A stretch of 64,000 nucleotides of DNA. Origin: Catajapyx aquilonaris. Lineage: Eukaryota. The notes below the pieces were generated by a model that did not search any database, had not been told where the DNA came from, and saw only the letters and a program-made list of their open reading frames with translations. Numbering within the stretch: the stretch's first letter is position 1; every line of letters starts with the position of its first letter. The stretch is taken from positions 1 through 64,000 of the forward strand of contig JYFJ02001049.1 in assembly GCA_000934665.2 (NCBI GenBank), in the 5' to 3' direction. This document shows positions 54,207-64,000 of the stretch, piece by piece. The position numbers were made by a program, and so were the translations under genes.

Positions 54207-57200
54207 ATGGCGTCCAGCACGACGAGTACGAGGGAGAAGATATACTCCCTGATCGACGACATAGAGCTCATTGCCAAGTGAGTGGACTGGGCATGGACTG
54301 GGCATGGACTGGGCGAATTGGGATGGGAGAGGGGGACGTCGAGTCTGAAGTCTGCAGGGGCTCAGATCCCTGCAGGAGAAGGCATGTGGGGGTGGGATGA
54401 GGATACACTGCGCTTCAGCACAGACCTGTCACTGGTGGTGTTGGATGGATTAATGAGTAGAGATGAATCAGTGAGGCAAACATGTATAAAAATATTAAGC
54501 AGGGTCAACGACGTCAGCTCGATATGGATCAGGGTAGGGAGACCGGGGCACAGTGGACCACTTTTGCACATTTGAATTTTTATATACCTACCTGTTATAC
54601 CTACACACCCAATATTTTCAGGCATGGTGGAGATACTCCTTGGTAATATAAGTCACTACTATATTCACAGGCAGTGCCATCCTTTTGGCTTTAAAAAAAT
54701 TTAGAAGCGACCCCCTGCAAATGGTCCACTGTACCCCAATAGGTGGGGCACAGTGGTCCGGAAGTGATTGGGACCCCTAATTCACACAAGAAGTTTATTA
54801 CCATTGCCTAACATTTTTTTTACAGCTGTTCATTTTGAGGACTGTGTCAATATCACAGTTTTGCCCCTTTTTTCTACCAATTTGACATTTTAAAAATCAT
54901 TGTCTCACATTTTTTTTTACAGCTGTTCATTTGGAGGGTGGTTTGTCAAAATCACAGTTTTGCTCTTTTTTCTACCTAATTCACAGTTTTTAAAGAATTG
55001 TCTCACATTTGTTTTACAGCTGTTCATTTCGGGACACAGTGTGCATTTCGGGGCACAGTGGTACATGGACCACTGTGCCCCGCAAACGACTGGACCACTG
55101 TGCCCCGGACAGCAGCAACTGACATAATGCTATGATTGTAACTTCGAATGCAAGTTAGGATTACCAAACTTCCGGTATTCATGGACAAAGGGCGGTACTA
55201 TTCCACAAGATTTTTATATCAGGCTCATGCCCAACATCTACGCCTGAAGTGGCATTTAAACTGGGTTAGTAATTTACTTCACTTATCTTCAAATCGATTT
55301 CGCTGGATATCTATCGATTGATCGATCGCTAGCCGTTGCCAGCCATGTTGGCAGGAGCATGGCAGTGACTTCTTTCACGAGGTACCAGATGAAACAAATT
55401 TGGCGGCTTTTTCGATTTTTAAAATGGAAAGGTCCACTGTGCCCCAGTCTCCCCTATATTCATAAATTGCTGTTGAGTGGTCACCTGGGTGAAAGACATG
55501 GCAAACCGCATGCATTGCACATGCACATAGTCTACGTGGCTCTAATTCAAGGGTTACGACTTGAGTCAGCATTATCCATGGGGTTTATTAATGTGACTGT
55601 CAACTGATTTTTGTGGCATGTGGTTCACAACAACTTTCTATTGCATATTGAGGGAACATAATTAAATGGCATCAATTTATTGGCAGGGAGCTGTTAGACA
55701 ACACGTTGGCCCCAAAGAACCAAAAGCTATCATCTCAAGATCATAGTCTCCTGACAGATCTTCTGGTGCAGAAGGACAAGGAGCTGAAAGACACCATGAA
55801 GGTAATTTGTGCCCTTTTTATTTGTGTCTTAGTTGCCGTCAGCCTTTTCCCTTTCCAGCTGGCAGCAGAACAAGCAGAGGTAAACCTAAAGATGGAGGCT
55901 CTTCAGGCAGAAGTGGACAAGCAAGACCAGGACATTCAGAGGCTGCAAAAGAAACTCAAGGATGCTGAGCAGTTACTGGTGAGCCAACTTCTTTGTCTCA
56001 GTGGATGTTTTGCTCAATTTATAGGGCTGATTATCATCACTTTAAATATTCACACTGAAACTTTTTTCTACCATGATAAATTTTCTGGTAAGGTTGATAT
56101 GATCATAACTTGCATGAGTGTCATTAGATTTGCTGGAGCTTGTCCAAAACATAATTCAATCACCTGAGGCTTCTTTCCTCTCAAGCATGACATGATAACA
56201 AACAATGACCAATTTCTGGTGAGGAACTTCAGCATGAATAAATGGTTTGTTCAGGTCATAGTAGAAATGACAGTGGGTTATGCAGGGTAGTACTCGGCCC
56301 AAGTTGATGGTGCCAATGAGAAGGGAGGGGAAGTGCTGATGGATTACTCATCCCTGGCACTCAAACTGGTTCCAATTTAGCATGTCGGGGCTTTGCATAT
56401 TTTATTTACATCAGCTATGAATGCATTAAAAAAACTAAAATGGCAAAAAAATTCCAAAACAATAAGATAAGCAAGATGGCTGCTGGCATGTTTACCACCA
56501 TTACTGCAGTGTACTTAATGTTTGTTACGAACTATGGTAGTCTCAACTGAATTTCTATGTGACCTTCCACAGGCAACAGCCATATACCAGGCCAAGCAGA
56601 AACTTCAGTCTATAGCGAAGGCCAATCGCCACCCAATTTCTTCTGAAGAACTGATCAAGTATGCTCATCGCATCAGCGCCTCAAATGCAGTGTGTGCTCC
56701 ACTCAACTGGCAAGCAGGAGATCCTCGCAGACCATACCCCACTGACATGGAAATGCGGATGGGCTTGCTTGGCAGGCTGTCTGATCTGCCTGTCAATGGA
56801 CACTTGGGAAGCCTAGCAGACAGCCTGCATCGCAGTGGACATCCTCCAGGTATGATAAATAGCAAGTAAAGCTGACCAGTGCAAGCTAGCCATTAAGTCT
56901 TTCTTTCCCATGTGTGAATTATAACACATATCGGGGGGAAAGTAACACAGTATTTGAAGATGAAAGCAGAATATTATGTAGTGCTTTCACATACAGACAG
57001 ATCTGGACTAATATATAAAGGAATCTGGTTGAACAATTTTTATTTTCAGAAATAGCCAAGTCTAATTTTTTATTAATACTAGTTTAATATCTATTTTATT
57101 GGAACATTGTGAGAACCATTCGTAATCTCCGCATTTGTCTCTTCTTCAAATTTCATCATCACTCTTTAACTGCATTGTTAAATGGAGAGAATGTTGTTGG

Positions 57201-57439
57201 GTGCAAATGTTTTCACACGAGGTTTGACATGCTTTTCTTTCTTTCTTTCTTTCTTTTTTGCAGAACTACCTAGTTCTCAGCACAGCACGTTCAGCTGGCA
57301 CTCTGGAGAAATCCACGTTGCCATGGGAAACCAGGGTTCTGTTGCCATGGACACCCGAAGCAGCAGCCACAAGGAGAGTGAGGACGTGGAGGTCATGTCA
57401 ACTGATTCCAGCAGCTCCTCCTCTAGTGACTCGCAGTGA
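54207..57439 (+). CDS. MED4: Mediator of RNA polymerase II transcription subunit 4, ~252 aa. Coding exons: 54207-54277, 55687-55801, 55859-55978, 56573-56849, 57264-57439
   Basis: The N-terminus reads [20 protein letters not shown] and is followed by a coiled coil. The conserved Med4 core is [11 protein letters not shown]...[44 protein letters not shown], and the C-terminus is the characteristic [18 protein letters not shown]. All introns are GT..AG with consistent phases. Confidence 0.97.
54283..54314 (+). repeat. 11-bp tandem repeat (tggactgggca x3) at the start of MED4 intron 1
   Basis: tggactgggca-tggactgggca-tggactgggc lies immediately after the gtgagt donor. Confidence 0.85.
54535..55456. 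mobile_element. Non-autonomous TIR DNA transposon (MITE-like, TA-flanked, probably Tc1/mariner superfamily) in MED4 intron 1
   Basis: The left end TA-gggagaccggggcacagtggacc and the right end ggtccactgtgccccagtctcccc-TA are near-perfect inverted repeats. The ggggcacagtgg/ccactgtgcccc motif recurs internally near 54723, 54745, 55049, 55068 and 55093. A 'ttttacagctgttcattt' block occurs three times (~54817, ~54913, ~55013). There is no transposase ORF. Confidence 0.85.
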
Positions 57440-57557
57440 AAACCCCAACTTCACTGGTATCCTGTGACCGTTTTGGTCAACACTAATGTTATTTGTACAA
57501 AGCAGTTTTGAAGCAAAATTTCCATAATTAATTTATAGGTAGACAGTGTTTCATTTA

Positions 57558-58497
57558 CAGTAAAACTTATATAAGTTGAATCTCCATGGGACCGGGAAAA
57601 ACCTTCGAGTTAGAGAAGTTCGCCTTTTTTAAAGCACAGAACTCTATAAGGAAGCCTACCTTTATATCCAGCGACAAAAGGTGTTCAAAACTTAAAAATA
57701 ACTGTCACTATCACACTACAATGTTCCTCATTGTTTTGTTGTAAAAAAAACAACTCCATTATGGACATTTGCCTACTCTTACAACCAAAGTAGCTCTTCT
57801 TACCCTCCTGAATTGTGAAAATTTTTGGATTTTCTAATCGAAGGCGAAGGCTCTCCATTATTATAATCGCCTTCGACTTCAAAGCGTGTGAGATGACCCT
57901 TCTCCTTCGCGGCACCGGAGAGCGCTACAGACGCGGTGAAAGGCGACCTCGACTGGGCAGCTGGGACTGGCGACTTGCGACCGGATGCAGGTGTTGTGGC
58001 TTCGGAATATTGCCTTTTGGCTGTATTTTCACCCTGCTAACATGGAAATTAGCAGTGGAGGTGATGTTTTCTCAGCGCTACAGGCCAAGCAGAATGACAA
58101 AATCCAAAACTTTTCAAAATTCAGGAGGGTAAGAAGAGTTACTTTGGTTGAAATTAGATTCAAGGATTCAATAATTGTCACAATTGAGTCGAACACTTCT
58201 TTCGGTACGTCTGGTAGACGGAGATCAGGAAATTGAGCCTTTCTGTACATGTGACCTACTCCGGACCCTTCGGCTGGAAAATGAGAAAATTTTCTGTACT
58301 CGCCAACGTGAACTTCGACTTAGAGAGACTGAAGATGCATTGATATCGTATGGTAAGGCCCTGCCAGCACTTCGAGTTATGGAGAACTTTGAGTTATAGA
58401 AATTCGAGTTAGGGGAGTTTATTTCCTACATTGAGACCAACCAAGTTCAGAATTTTCTTCGGCTTTTAGAGAACTTCGACTTATAGAAGTTTTACTG
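57558..58497. mobile_element. Non-autonomous pogo/Tigger-like DNA transposon (~940 bp) immediately downstream of the MED4 stop codon
   Basis: The TIRs cagtaaaacttatataagttgaa and ttcgacttatagaagttttactg match at 21 of 23 positions, with TA on both sides (57556-57557, 58498-58499). CAGT..ACTG termini are typical of pogo/Tigger elements. The subterminal motif ttcga(g/c)tta recurs at ~57604, 58314, 58371, 58402 and 58475. Confidence 0.85.
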
Positions 58498-58746
58498 TAT
58501 ATTGTACAGTGTTGCACATAAATCGAGGCATACTGCTAGCGACATTTTCCGAAGCGGCAGAGGAAGGAATCTTGCTCGCCTGGCTTGCAGTATCCTTATC
58601 TTCGATTTCTTCTTCTGCCGATTCGGAAAATGTCACTAGCCACCAGTGCCTCGAATGCCTCAATTAATGTCCAACACTGTACAGGACAATTAACTGGCAC
58701 CATTTTGCTTCACCACTGAAATTGAGGTTGTTAGGTGTAAGTTTTT

Positions 58747-58761
58747 TTTATTGGGATTAAA
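58747..58761. terminator. Candidate back-to-back poly(A) signals: AATAAA on - (58747-58752, AP-1 sigma distal isoform) and ATTAAA on + (58756-58761, MED4)
   Basis: The sequence tttatt-ggg-attaaa lies between two convergent genes. I found no AATAAA/ATTAAA on + between the MED4 stop and 58756. An alternative ATTAAA on - lies at 58808-58813. Confidence 0.45.
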
Positions 58762-59883
58762 ATAATGAACCAAGCTTCTTGTCAGTTTTTAACAAGATGC
58801 TTCACTTTTTAATATCTGCATGACCAAAAGTAACAAGAAGAATAGTAGCAGGAAAGTGTACACAAGAGACACACAAGTGAGTTATTCTGCAACACAGGTT
58901 ATTATGGTATATTATCACATATGGGACTTGAGGAAATTCACCGGTTCACAGATTCAGTCTCATGTATTTTTTGGTAAGGCAAAAAATATCATGGCAGGAT
59001 CACATTTCCTAAAACACAACAAGTCATACTATGCAACAGTTTCAACATAGAGATCATGAAATGAAAAAAAAAAGAGAGGAATATCATAAAATACAATTAG
59101 GCAAGAAAAGGGTCATCAAGGCAAGTCATGGCATTTTTTACTCAACCTGAACAAGCAACAAAGTGCAGGAACATGCCTTCTTTCTTAAGTAGACTGGCAT
59201 CTATTAGACCTACAACATCTATACTTTCTCAATCATGACCTATGTACTTCTCAAAATTAGTGGCATGGTATTGTAAGTAGCAACACGTTGCCAATTCCCT
59301 TCTCTCTCTCTCTCTCGCCTTCCCCCTCCCACCAACTAGAATAAGGCAACATTACTGTTCACAAAACCAAGCTTCTCATTTCGATACGTACGCAGGTCCA
59401 ACTTTGCAGTAATTCCTAATCACACGTCTCCAAGCTAATGCTACATGCAAACTATCATTGCACTGATGCTGTCAAGAAACAAGTGGCAGTTGAAATGAAA
59501 GGCACTCAACTGCATTTGACCTGCAAAGCGCTACATAAAATAGACTTTGATTTACTTGCACATTTCTATGTGGGGAGAGGGTGAGGCCACTAATAATACA
59601 GTTGAAGCGAAAAATGCATGTGTGAAACCTAAGAGGTATTCCTGATATGAATGCCATCTCCCCCATACCCCATTATAACTACCTATTGGGTTAACTAAAT
59701 GGGTCACCAAAATTTCAGCACCCAAAAAGTCTTCCTTGAGTCAACATGTCATCACAGTTGAAAGTGCTGGACAATATTTTTTTTGAACAGGATGAAATTC
59801 ACTTTGATTGCACCTTTTCTTTGCATTTTTTTTTCCTATTTTTTCTGTATCTGTACTCCTGCTGGTTTGCTGCGATCACCTTC

Positions 59884-59928
59884 CTAACCCAGTCCGTGGT
59901 CTTCGAAAAAGCCCTGGGGAGTTTCTTC
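59884..59928 (-). CDS. AP1S: AP-1 complex subunit sigma, distal alternative last coding exon (EETPQGFFEDHGLG*)
   Basis: A strong acceptor on the minus strand (ttctcttctctcccgttgtag|GAAGAA) is followed by 14 codons and TAG. From recall, ETPQGFFEDHGLG is the C-terminus of insect AP-1 sigma. The exon has the same length and phase as the one at 62797-62841. Confidence 0.85.
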   Translation of the reverse strand, partial: EETPQGFFEDHGLG

Positions 59929-61915
59929 CTACAACGGGAGAGAAGAGAACAACAAAGTTTAACATGGGGGGGTGGGGGGAAGGAATCTGCAGGAGATGGG
60001 GGGTGGAAAATAAGTGAAGAAAATTTCCAGCTTTACGCAAGGCACTTTTCTCAAATGCAAGCACATTTACGATTGGCTGTGGCCAACACTATCATGTCTT
60101 TAAGTTACTTGAACCAAGTGTCCAGTCACTGGAGTACAAGGTTCCAGTTGAAGCTGCGAGATACTACCAAATAAGATATGGATTCTGCAGGATGGCTGAT
60201 TTACCTCAGGGACTGACATTTTTGTTGCCACAGGTGCAGTGATGGTTTTAATTGAACGTAAGAAGCTGGGATTTCAAAGTTAGTTCACTCGGCTGAGACA
60301 ATGATGAATGATCATGATGCATGGCAGAATAAATCACATTGCAAATGGCCACTGATTGCAACTGAATATGCAGTTATTTTTATTTCACTGCTTATGGCTA
60401 AGTTATTGAGCTGCACATTGTTCACCAAACTTAGTATTAAAAAATCCATCATTGCTCACTACTTCAATTTGCGGCAACCCTCAAGGATGTTAAGCATCCT
60501 ACAGATTCTCTCTCATATTTGGCATCTACATTCCAATGTCAGCAGTGTGTTTCATTGTGTGTTTGATGCGCTTTTGCTAATGTAAATGCAGTTGAAGTTT
60601 AAATCATGAACTTATTGAAGAGATAGGAAAGGAAAATTTGTGACAGTTAATTTGCCTCAAATGATCAACATTCTCAAACGTGAGGTTTTCGGGCAATTTA
60701 AGTTACAGAGTCAGCCACATGCCATGTTATTAGTTGGATTTCAAACAAGTTCACATGGGAAATGAGGTCATGTGAAAGGCAAGCGAAGTGTTACTTTAGA
60801 AATGAGTTGGAATACTAGGCTCCATGAAAAACTCTACAAATGCCACGTTGCTCTTAAAACTAAGATGATAGTCCAACACTGAGAAATTATGTAAAGTTAT
60901 ATCATGATGAGTTGGCCATAACTTGATCATGATTTTTTTTTTAAAAAAAACATTAAGAACAAAGAAGAAATTCAACAAGTAGGGAAATAAAAGAAACCTC
61001 CACCAACTATAGAAGCTACTTGCACGGCAAGAAAGAAACATTTAACGGGCAACTTCATTCCAAGTCAAAGCAGCGTCCATTTATTGTTCCCAGATTTTCA
61101 CTGTTACAAAAACCACTTCTGTGAAGGTTATTACAAGGGATGACTGCCACTCGACCTGGACAAAGCACGAGACGTGACAAAAAATATATAATAAATAACA
61201 AACAAAAAAAACATCTGTGCACTTTGCAACACATTGAAAACAAAGCAATTATTGTGGCAGTAAACAGCTGTCTAAGTTTCTAGCTATTATTTTAGAAATG
61301 CAAAATACAATACTAGGATTAACATTTGGGGAACCTTATCACCTATTTTGTTCACTACAGTTAGCACAACTCAAATAAGGATATCCAAGGAGAAAGCTTG
61401 GGGCGTCATTTTCTATTGAGCAGTTTATTGTGGACTTTTGATTTTAATCCTTTCATTGTAATGGAGTTTGCACTCCTGAAGTGGAGAACATTTTAAAACC
61501 AATGCTGCGTTGTGATTTCAGTTCAATCGATTGGTCCCTCCAATTTACCTCGGGGTACTAATTTTGGCCTTTATGGGTATGGTTGCTGGAAGACAGGTCT
61601 GAGAGAAACAATAATGGGAGAAGGAAAAGGAGTTATGTGTATATGTATTACTGGCATACTGGTTATGGCTGCCTGAAAATTTCCAGAGAAATTGCTGCTC
61701 GTAACCTACATAAATTAACTGTTGGCATTTCATATTTGGTTGTCTATCAAGATCAAAATAGCAGCCACCATAGTACATTGTTAATAGAGATTTAGCTGTC
61801 CCGTGACATTTATTTTATCTTGATAAACGTAGGTGTCCATATGATTGGTTAGTTACACTAGCAATTAGAAAATTTATGGCTGGTATGAGAAAAAATATCC
61901 TAACTAATACATGAT

Positions 61916-61933
61916 CACCACCACCACCACCAC
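61916..61933. repeat. (CAC)n microsatellite
   Basis: caccaccaccaccaccac. Confidence 0.75.
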
Positions 61934-62796
61934 CGCAACCACTATTGCCACTAGTGACAATGCAAGGATTCCCCAACTGAGCCCTAGATAAGCCCATTCT
62001 CTCTAAGTGCAGTCTCCAATAACTCGTCCTTTTCCATGAGATATGGCAGCAAGAGGGGGAACAGAAACATTTGGTTAGAGTAGATGCTTTAGCACTGTTT
62101 TGAGGTAATTCATCTTCTTTTGGTCAGGAAGACATTTCCAATAAACTTTCAAGTCTCCAATCACCCTTCACCACGACCATGCACCTTTCATCTCAACTAC
62201 TGGCACTTTTTCCTAAAACATCATAGCAACAATCATCATATTACATAATTTACAATCTCAAACCAAAAAAAGAGATTCATGCTAACATAAAATTAATGAA
62301 CAGTCTTTATCTTCTTCTCTGTGCAGAGCCATGCATTGGGGGAAAATATGTAAACTGAACGATCCAGGAGCTTCCGCTTACCCCTTGGGAAAGCACTGGT
62401 GTGACTGTAATAACCATCAAAACTAATTGGCTGATCTATCAGATATATTTTTACTGGATTCCTATGAGACCAGCAGTGCACCAAAGAAATTAACATGAAA
62501 AATGTGAGTATGAGAAATGTCTGGAAAAAAGGCTCAAAAAATAATGGGACACATCTACAACTAATACCAGAGCTAAGTGGAATGCCAAATGCTATCTAAA
62601 CGTAACATACAAGTGAGGCATGTGAAATGTTTAGGTATCATTGTTATTTAAGCTTGTTTTTTTTTTTTTCGTTGGAAATAATGTATCACATTCTTAAAAC
62701 AATCTCATGGAGTGGTTGGGAAGAGAGCATATTCTTTGTGAAAAAACTTGTAAGAGTAACGCGAGGTTGGAGCCGAATCAGATGCCGCAGAGATTC

Positions 62797-62841
62797 TTAG
62801 AGAAGGCCTACATCTTTGAGAGCACCCTCCACCGCTTCTTC
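62797..62841 (-). CDS. AP1S: AP-1 complex subunit sigma, proximal alternative last coding exon (EEAVEGALKDVGLL*); upstream exons lie beyond the right edge of the window
   Basis: A strong acceptor on the minus strand (cttgttgtttttccttag|GAAGAA) is followed by 14 codons and TAA. From recall, the peptide matches the arthropod AP-1 sigma C-terminus of the type E/D-EAVEG-x-L-x-D/E-IGLL and is related to vertebrate AP1S ends such as PRSVLEEIGLT. Confidence 0.8.
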   Translation of the reverse strand, partial: EEAVEGALKDVGLL

Positions 62842-64000
62842 CTAAGGAAAAACAACAAGTGACAAAAAGGGGGAGATTCATTTTTTTCTTCTTCTTTCGT
62901 CAGATATGGAGCACAGTACTTTACATGCTCACAAATTCCTCAATAGGACCAAAGCAAGAATCCGTTTGCTACTTGAATTTAGGTCCCAACCAGCAAGTTA
63001 TTCCATGCATTTTGGCTACACACGAGGCCTCCCTATTAGAAATGCCCAACAACACCAAATAGGGTTAACATGAAGAGCCTTGACACTGACTCGTATAATA
63101 ATAATCAACCGGACAGGAAAGGAGAACAGGTGGTGAATTTTTTCCATGCAGTAAGGTTAGAAAGGCACGACATGCTTTGATACCCGTAACAGTAAATATT
63201 AGTTTCCCACACATAACTGGTCCCAAATGCAATGCCCAATTTCATATCTAAGGAGGGATATTTATTTACCACAACTCCAATGTGCTACAAAGCTATCAGT
63301 GTACTAATTGTAAGTGCAGCCAAGCTCATACACCAAAATATGCACTTGAAAATTTGAAAAAGCTATTGTCCCCTTCTTTCAGGAAAATGTACAAAAACCC
63401 GACGAACCTGCTGAGATTGTTTAGTAGGGTACTTGTGAAATGCTCAGTTTAGGAAACATTAGTAACGTGCCCATTGCATATTTCACAGTGGTCCTACACG
63501 GGATAAGTGGAAGGTTCCCCATCTGACAATTTAGGAAACTGACTCACTGAACTACATAACATCAGTTATGCAACAACCCTCGAGTGTAATAACATTTCAT
63601 ATATTAATTTTTCAAACAAAAAAAAAATTTTCTCATAAAATATATTCTAAGACATCCGCAAGTGCAACGAAACATAAAAATCTTGTGCCAACATAACAAA
63701 AGGTCACACCACACTAGGATGGACGGACTCTTCACATAATACTCACATGCTGAGATGCAATTACAATTGTTGTTCGCAACAATACTGAATTTGAATAACT
63801 CCCCCCTTCCCAAAATCTGCCATGCAAGCAAAATACAAGTGGACATCACATTGGCTTAATGACAGTTCCTTCTGTTTTTGTTTTTCCTTCTCTCCATAAC
63901 CAGGAATGAAGGGGAGTAAGGTTTTTGTAACTGCCATGCTGCTTTTTTCTCTTTGCAACCAAGAGATTAACAAGGAAAATTTGATCAAGCAAAACCACAA

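Noticed and set aside
55490..55501. tgaaagacatgg matches the 5' half of miR-71
   Set aside because: The 3' half does not match and there is no hairpin.
59751..59927. Longer alternative reading frame of the distal AP1S exon (KKLPRAFSKTTDWVRK...)
   Set aside because: The phase-0 frame gives the recognisable AP-1 sigma tail, whereas this frame has no recognisable homology.
1..64000. CRISPR arrays, tRNA/rRNA genes, autonomous transposons or viral genes
   Set aside because: I saw no repeat-spacer arrays, cloverleaf or A/B-box structures, rRNA motifs, or RT/transposase/viral ORFs.

Overview
Eukaryotic animal genomic DNA with short spliceosomal introns. It is most likely from an arthropod, inferred from the arthropod-type AP-1 sigma C-termini. 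About the first 45.7 kb has no recognisable protein-coding gene: the ORF-track hits there look spurious, and the region resembles a regulatory gene desert with homeodomain-type and CTCF-like motifs, small hairpins and repeat fragments. The last ~18 kb holds four tightly packed genes whose exons I reconstructed by hand. These are a 6-exon cAMP-receptor-like (CRL/GPR157-related) 7TM GPCR (+, 45785-49771), eIF4E2/4EHP (-, 51319-53466), MED4 (+, 54207-57439, head-to-head with eIF4E2), and the 3' end of an AP-1 sigma gene (-). The AP-1 sigma gene is visible only as two alternative 45-nt terminal coding exons. Two TA-flanked non-autonomous DNA transposons lie in MED4 intron 1 and just downstream of the MED4 stop. 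I see no prokaryote-type or clearly new multi-gene system. The most interesting points are the twin AP-1 sigma last exons (one ending in DXXLL), the divergent CRL-type GPCR, three in-frame stop-free introns, and back-to-back poly(A) signals between MED4 and AP-1 sigma.
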